Origin: Naegleria gruberi
Taxonomy: Eukaryota
Assembly (NCBI GenBank): GCA_000004985.1
Contig: GG738850.1
Strand: one strand, 5' to 3'
Length of the DNA: 64,000 nt
A program made the position numbers and the translations under genes. This document shows positions 58,598 to 64,000 of the stretch, one piece after another (position 1 is the stretch's first letter; each line of letters opens with the position of its first letter). Below the pieces are notes generated by a model that saw only the letters and a program-made list of their open reading frames with translations, had not been told where the DNA came from and did no database searches.

Positions 58598-59350
58598 ATG
58601 AAAAAGTATACAGTTTCAGCATCACTGAGTAGAGAAGATGAAAAGGATTTCTTTACTACTAAGAAAGTCAATTCAACCACTGATGATTTTCCAGAGTCAA
58701 CTACAACATCATCAATTTATAATAACAAACAGAGGAGAGGAATTGTTCATCGATCACAAACTCAATTACAGGCCAACAAGCAAGTACAAATAATAGAGGA
58801 ATTAAAAGAAGAAGAAGAAGAACCAGCAGAAGAAGAAACTGTACAGAACAAACAAACTACAAGACCAATAGGTATTAAAACAACAACTATAATAGAACCT
58901 TCATCTGTCAATGATAGTGCAGAGAATAGTATTTCAGATGCGAGCGTTGTTTCCTCAGTTGCTGCTAGCAGTTTATCATCTAACACATCTTCATCTGTTG
59001 CCTCATCTGTGGAATCAAATCCAAGTTCTTCACCAATTATTAAAAAGAAAAAATTCACATTTGGAGGATTAATCAAGAGAAAACAAAATGCTGATAGTGA
59101 TGCATCTAGTCCAAATGCCAATGGTTCAGCCTCTCCTAACCTCAATGATTCCCCTAATTCTACATCTACCACTAATTTTGAATCCAATTCCCTTCCAAAA
59201 CGACCTCAAGTCATCAGTGTAAATGATGGCAGTGATTTTAGGAAAAAGTTACAAGATAGAAAGAGAAATGCAGGTGGAACTGGTATGAAAATTGTCAAAC
59301 AAAATGATCAACTTATCGTATCTCAAAACAATTCAACTCTAGAAGAATAA
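58598..59350 (+). CDS. Hypothetical Ser/Thr-rich protein
   Basis: A 250-aa ORF of low complexity (SS/T/N-rich). Weak support. Confidence 0.3.
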   Translation: MKKYTVSASLSREDEKDFFTTKKVNSTTDDFPESTTTSSIYNNKQRRGIVHRSQTQLQANKQVQIIEELKEEEEEPAEEETVQNKQTTRPIGIKTTTIIEPSSVNDSAENSISDASVVSSVAASSLSSNTSSSVASSVESNPSSSPIIKKKKFTFGGLIKRKQNADSDASSPNANGSASPNLNDSPNSTSTTNFESNSLPKRPQVISVNDGSDFRKKLQDRKRNAGGTGMKIVKQNDQLIVSQNNSTLEE

Positions 59351-59607
59351 GAATTACTTTTTCCTTTTTAGTTTTTTTTCGAGAAATGGTTGGTTGTTAA
59401 AACAAACTAACTAAATAAATTTTGCAATTAATTTTAAAAACCTCATTACAATTAAAATATGGAAAGCAATTTAACATTTTGCACTTTCTTATCTATTTTT
59501 ATTAATAAAACCTCAGAGCGAACAATAATTAAGGTTGCAACCTGATCTTTTCGAGAAATAGAGGAAAAAAAATAATTTAAGGAGTGCACAACCTTAACGT
59601 GACCAAG

Positions 59608-59617
59608 TTTTGGCGCC
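59608..59617. promoter_or_regulatory. E2F-like site TTTTGGCGCC
   Basis: The site sits in a relatively GC-rich intergenic segment (59560..59900), about 340 nt upstream of the SDR gene ATG at 59957. Confidence 0.3.
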
Positions 59618-59956
59618 ATTAGTCTAAGAAGGAACTACGGAATATTTTCGAAAACCGACTAATTAGGGAGAACCTGTTGACATTAAATATTCCGTGCTGG
59701 TACTTAAAAGGTGTGGTGTGAAATAATATTAGCATTAGCTTTGGGAAGTGTGGATTACGTAGCCATTGTAAAGCGAAAGTGGAAAAGAAACCTATTGTCC
59801 TATTACAAATAGCATAGCCATGAATTTTCCTCTTCTAACAACTTGCTAGGCAAAGTTTCGTCAAGCTACCCGCCTCACCGATCACATCCTCCATTCTTCC
59901 GAGCACAGTTTAAATACAAACGATTCTTCCAGGCCAGTCAAAACACAACCAAAAAA

Positions 59957-61009
59957 ATGTTCACCATCTCTACTATTATTTTCTTAACGATTGTGTATAA
60001 TATCTATTGGCATTACTACAGAAAGGAACTCTCCTTGAAGGGTAAAACTGCATTGATTACAGGTTAGTATTTTTTGTATTTTTAAATGATAATAATGCAT
60101 TCATTTTACAATTTTAATGATGATCATCATTTATCGGATCATGTAATAATCTAATTATTTTGATCAAAGGTGGAAGTAGAGGTATTGGTAGATTATGTGC
60201 TGAAAAGTTATTGGAAAATGAACAAGTTAAATGTGTAATTATTTGGGATGTTGATGAAAAATCACTTGCCGAATGTCAACAAACATTGAGTGATAAGTAT
60301 GGCAAAGATCGTATTGTTACTCGTCAAGTTGATATCACGAACAGGGAAAAGGTTTATGAAGAAAGAGATTTAATCTTCCAAAATCATGCTTCTGTTGACA
60401 TTTTGCTCAACAATGCTGGTATTGTCAATGGTAAGAAATTGTTGGACACTCCAGATGATGCCATTGAAAGAGTTTTCAAAGTCAATACTGTTTCTCACTG
60501 TTATACAGTTAAGGCCTTCTTACCTAAAATGATTGAGACCAAGAGAGAATCTCATATTGTAACTATTGCCTCTGCAGCTGGTATTTGTGCCACTTCTGGA
60601 CTTTCTGTAAGTTTTTAATAATTATTGAACTGTTTTAACTTTTTCTATACAGGATTATAGTGCTTCCAAGTTTGGAGCTTTCGGATTTAATGAAGCTTTG
60701 AGAATGGAATTAAAGTATCAAAAGTTGGATCATATTCACACTACTTGTGTTTGTCCATTCTACATCAAGACTGATTTATTTGCTGGTATTAAAGATGTAA
60801 TCCCTTATGTCTTCCCAGTTTTGGATCCTAATTGGGTTGCTCAGAGAATTATCAAGGCATTGAAGAAGAATGAAGAAGTTGTTATTTTGCCAGAGACTTT
60901 GAGATTAGTGTTTTTATTCAGATTCTTGTTACCTGTTTCAATTTGTGATAAACTCATTCAATTGATGGGCATTAGTAGCAGTATGGAAACTTTCACTGGT
61001 AGAAAATAA
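59957..61009 (+). CDS. Short-chain dehydrogenase/reductase (17beta-HSD/retinol-DH-like)
   Basis: Three exons: 59957..60062, 60170..60606 and 60653..61009. The introns are 107 nt (gttagt...caaag) and 46 nt (gtaagt...atacag). Splicing restores KTALITG|GGSRGIGR (TGxxxGxG). NNAG and SAAGI...DYSASK (catalytic YxxxK) are present. Confidence 0.8.
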
Positions 61010-61052
61010 TTTTTAATATAATTTATTAAAATTTAAAATTTATTAGAAAAAA

Positions 61053-62490
61053 ATGATTGAAGCGATACTGTACTGTGAATTTGATAATGCTAAGGGTTCA
61101 ATGATCATGTTCCAATACCCACGTATGAAAATATCGAACGATTTATTTGAAACCTATTCGGAATTTGTTATTACCAAGACAAAATTATGTGGGAAGTGTG
61201 TTTCTTTCCGACATGAAAATTTAATATTTATCGGAGTGCCACAATGTATAGAAGGATCGAAATATGAGAGAAATGCTCTCTTGTTTAATTTAGTTTTTGT
61301 TGTTGATATTACAAAATTAAAACCTCACTATCCACCAGAAGCCTTTAAACCAATTGCTTCAAAATTATCATACTACTTGAGAAATTTGGAATTGGAATCG
61401 GAATACTTATTTAAACAGGAGTCTAAGCAAAATCTGCAATATATATTGGAGAAGATTTATGTGGATTTATCAACGAAACAAGAATGTTCAATTTACATTG
61501 ATTCAGCACATTCACTTCATTTGAAATTAATTCCCTATTTACAGAAACCACCAATTGTTCATGCTCATGATGTACCAATACCTATTCGAAATTTACATGC
61601 TCTAATATTTCAACAAAAGGATGTGTGGGATATTACATTCTCCCAAATTATTCCACACATTGATGGTGTTTCATTTGTGAAGCAAATTGCCATTCAAAGT
61701 AATGTACACGTAGAATTTGTGAAAAAAAGTTTACAGCACTTATTGTAAGTGAAATATTTAAAAATTTGGTTATTAATAACTGAGAATTTAGGTATTTTCA
61801 GTGTATTAAATTGATTGACATATTTCAATATAGCAACATGTATGCTTTGAAAAATAAGAAAGTTGTGATGCAACTCTTTTCTAGAAGAGACCTCGAGGAA
61901 GAAATGATACATTACATATGCCCTGGTATTGACAAGGGAAATATGCCTGATTCCTCTCAAATTCTTCATCATATTTTGCAAATTTATTGTAAATTCAAAC
62001 CTGGTCTAAGATTACAAGAAATTGTGGAAAAACATCACCACCTCTGTCAATATATTAATCCAAAGTAAGTTACTACTCAAAATTATTGCTTACTTAATCA
62101 ACAAAATCAAAAAGATGCTTAATTACATATGGTCTATTGAAGGGATTTATCAAACGAGTTCACGAATATCCATTCCTTCTCAAAGATGAACCTCCAACAT
62201 TTGTACCATCAAATGATGAGCTGACTAGTTCTCAGAGTTCTGAAAATCTCGATCAAAGTGGTTCTCCAATGTCTGGATCTTTTGAATCCTCTCCATCCAA
62301 AACATTTACCGTCATTACAAAACAAAAGAAACTCAATCCAAATTTCCACATTGTCAATAGAGAAACACTGAGGCCCTACATTACTGGAAAATATTGTATC
62401 GATGAAATATGTTGTGAATTGGAAATAACGAGAACAGAACTCATGAAGTCCTTAGAACAATTCGAAAATGTACAAATTCTTTTCAGATAA
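61053..62490 (+). CDS. NPRL2: Nitrogen permease regulator-like 2 (GATOR1 subunit NPRL2)
   Basis: Three exons: 61053..61744, 61792..62064 and 62115..62490. The introns are 47 nt and 50 nt, both with gtaagt donors. It is collinear with NPRL2 in ERNALLFNLVFVVD (vs YSRNALLFNLGFVCD), LELESEYLF..ESKQNL, HLKLI, QIIPHIDGVSFVKQIA, LL|YFQ...IFQYSNMY (vs ILQYSNVY) and EICCELEITRTELMKSLEQ (vs EICCKTGMSYHELDERLE). Confidence 0.85.
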
Positions 62491-62559
62491 AAACTAATAT
62501 TTAATAGATAATAATATGTAATATTATATTTAATAAATTTTTAAATTAAATTAAAAAAA

Positions 62560-63897
62560 ATGACAAAACTTGAAACCACACTACGATCACTATTCAAATC
62601 CCTGATTTGTCATATTTTACTTTCATCAATATTATTTATTCTAGTATTGGATATAAACCGATCAACGTTCGGAATCAATGCGGAAACAACAACAATACAT
62701 CAGACGGATTTTTCAAATCCAAAACTACAACAAGTCTTGGAAAAATTCTTCTCTAAATCATCGGATGGAAATGTAAAACATTCTAACAATTGGGTTGTAT
62801 TATTAAATACTAGTAGATTTTGGTTTAATTACAGACACATTGCTAATACATTATCATTCTATCATATTGTGAAGAATCTTGGTATTCCTGATTCACAGAT
62901 TTTACTCATGTTAGCTGATGATGTTGCTTGTAATCCTAGAAATAGATATCCTGGTGAGGTTTTTAATAATAGAAATAGACAAAAGAATATCTATGGAGAA
63001 AATGTTGAAGTTGACTATAGAGGATATGAAGTGACTGTGGAACAATTTTTGAGAGTTTTAACTGGAAGACATCATGACTCTGTACCAAGAAGCAAGAGAT
63101 TAATGAGTGATGAGCATAGTAATGTATTAATATTTATGACAGGCCATGGTGGTGACGAATTTTTCAAATTCCAAGATCAAGAAGAAATTAACAGTGCAGA
63201 TATTGCTGATGCTGTTCAACAAATGGCTGAAAGAAAGAGATTTAAAGAATTATTAATGATTGTAGATACCTGTCAAGCAGGCTCTTTATTTGACAAACTT
63301 TATACTCCAAACGTTTTGGCAGTAGGAAGTAGTTTGAGAGGACAAAATTCTTATTCAGTAAGTATTTTAGCATTATTTGATTGGAATTGAAATTAACATG
63401 TTTAGCATCATTCTGATCCTGATATTGGAGTTGCTGTTATTGATAGATTTACTTATTACACTCTTGAATTTTTCGAAAATCGTAATTTCAGACAAAATCC
63501 ACCATCCATTGAAAAATGGGTAAGTTCTAACTTGAAAATAATGAATTCACACAAATAGTTCCGAACATACACTTCTGAAAACTTGATTTCAACTCCTAAC
63601 ATGAGAAGAGATTTATTTGAAAGAAATACAAATAGTGTTCCACTCACAGACTTCTTTGGTTCGGATATTAAGATTGAATTCCAAGAGGATTTATTTAAAC
63701 GTGAAAATATGACCCGCTTTAACAAGTACACCCCAAAACATTCTAATAACGACTACAATCAACAATTCTCCAATGAGAAACTTACTGAAAATGAAAATGC
63801 TGTTGAAATAACCTTCCAAAAATCAGTTTCATTCCTAGATATTAAGGTTATTTCTATTGTTGCAATTGGATTATTGATTTTCTTAATATTTAAATAA
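62560..63897 (+). CDS. PIGK: GPI-anchor transamidase catalytic subunit (PIGK/GPI8, C13 peptidase)
   Basis: Three exons: 62560..63357, 63406..63519 and 63559..63897. The introns are 48 nt and 39 nt (gtaagt donors). It is near-collinear with GPI8: [75 protein letters not shown] and [11 protein letters not shown] (catalytic His and Cys motifs). It has an N-terminal signal and a C-terminal TM. Confidence 0.9.
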
Positions 63898-64000
63898 TTA
63901 ATTTATAAATTTATTAATTTCTTCCCAACAACTTTTAGAAAACTTTCAGAAACGAGGTATTGCAAGCAATTTGCAAGTTATTAGATTTTATGTCTATGAA

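Noticed and set aside
1-64000. Possible prokaryotic novelty (defence island, CRISPR, operon) prompted by the task framing
   Set aside because: The window has spliceosomal introns with GT-AG borders, Pol III-type tRNA and 5S genes, and eukaryote-specific proteins (Sec61alpha, MAD2, IFT88, TRAPPC8, NPRL2, PIGK). There is no direct-repeat array and no co-directional operon-like packing. It is nuclear eukaryotic DNA.

Overview
This 64 kb window is eukaryotic nuclear DNA. It is AT-rich (about one third G+C by eye) and gene-dense on both strands. I reconstructed at least 14 short spliceosomal introns (38-107 nt, GTAAGT/GTATGT/GTTAGT donor, AG acceptor) in 13 genes by joining adjacent ORFs; one further intron (TPR gene, 12401..12453) is an unconfirmed candidate. 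The window contains about 40 protein-coding genes and two tRNAs (Arg-UCU, Ala-UGC). It also contains one full and one 5'-truncated 5S rRNA gene that share a 3' flank, and a degenerate tRNA-like remnant. I found no prokaryotic signals: no CRISPR array, no operons and no phage or defence-island structure.

Proteins I recognise from their sequence:
- Sec61 alpha
- MAD2
- IFT88
- TRAPPC8
- NPRL2 (GATOR1 subunit)
- GPI transamidase PIGK/GPI8
- a ubiquitin E2
- ChaC gamma-glutamylcyclotransferase
- two SDR dehydrogenases
- an ERMP1-like M28 peptidase
- a receptor-type class III adenylyl cyclase
- an MT-A70-family methyltransferase-like protein
- a DNL-type zinc-finger protein (Zim17/Hep1-like)
- VWA, LRR, F-box, NHL and TPR proteins

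The most interesting items are:
- a tandem pair of 7TM+RGS proteins, plus a third RGS-like gene within 12 kb
- a pseudokinase fused to DUF4116 repeats
- a recurrent E2F-like TTTTGGCGCC element in four promoters, one driving MAD2
- dispersed 5S rRNA copies
- an actin-like gene with two frame disruptions
- a Cys-rich THAP-like ORF that may be transposon-derived

IFT88, the receptor-type cyclase, DUF4116 and 7TM-RGS together suggest a free-living flagellated protist. A heterolobosean (Naegleria-like) origin fits the base composition and intron sparsity, but that is inference only. All coordinates are anchored to the supplied ORF track; intron boundaries were derived by hand and may be off by a few nucleotides.
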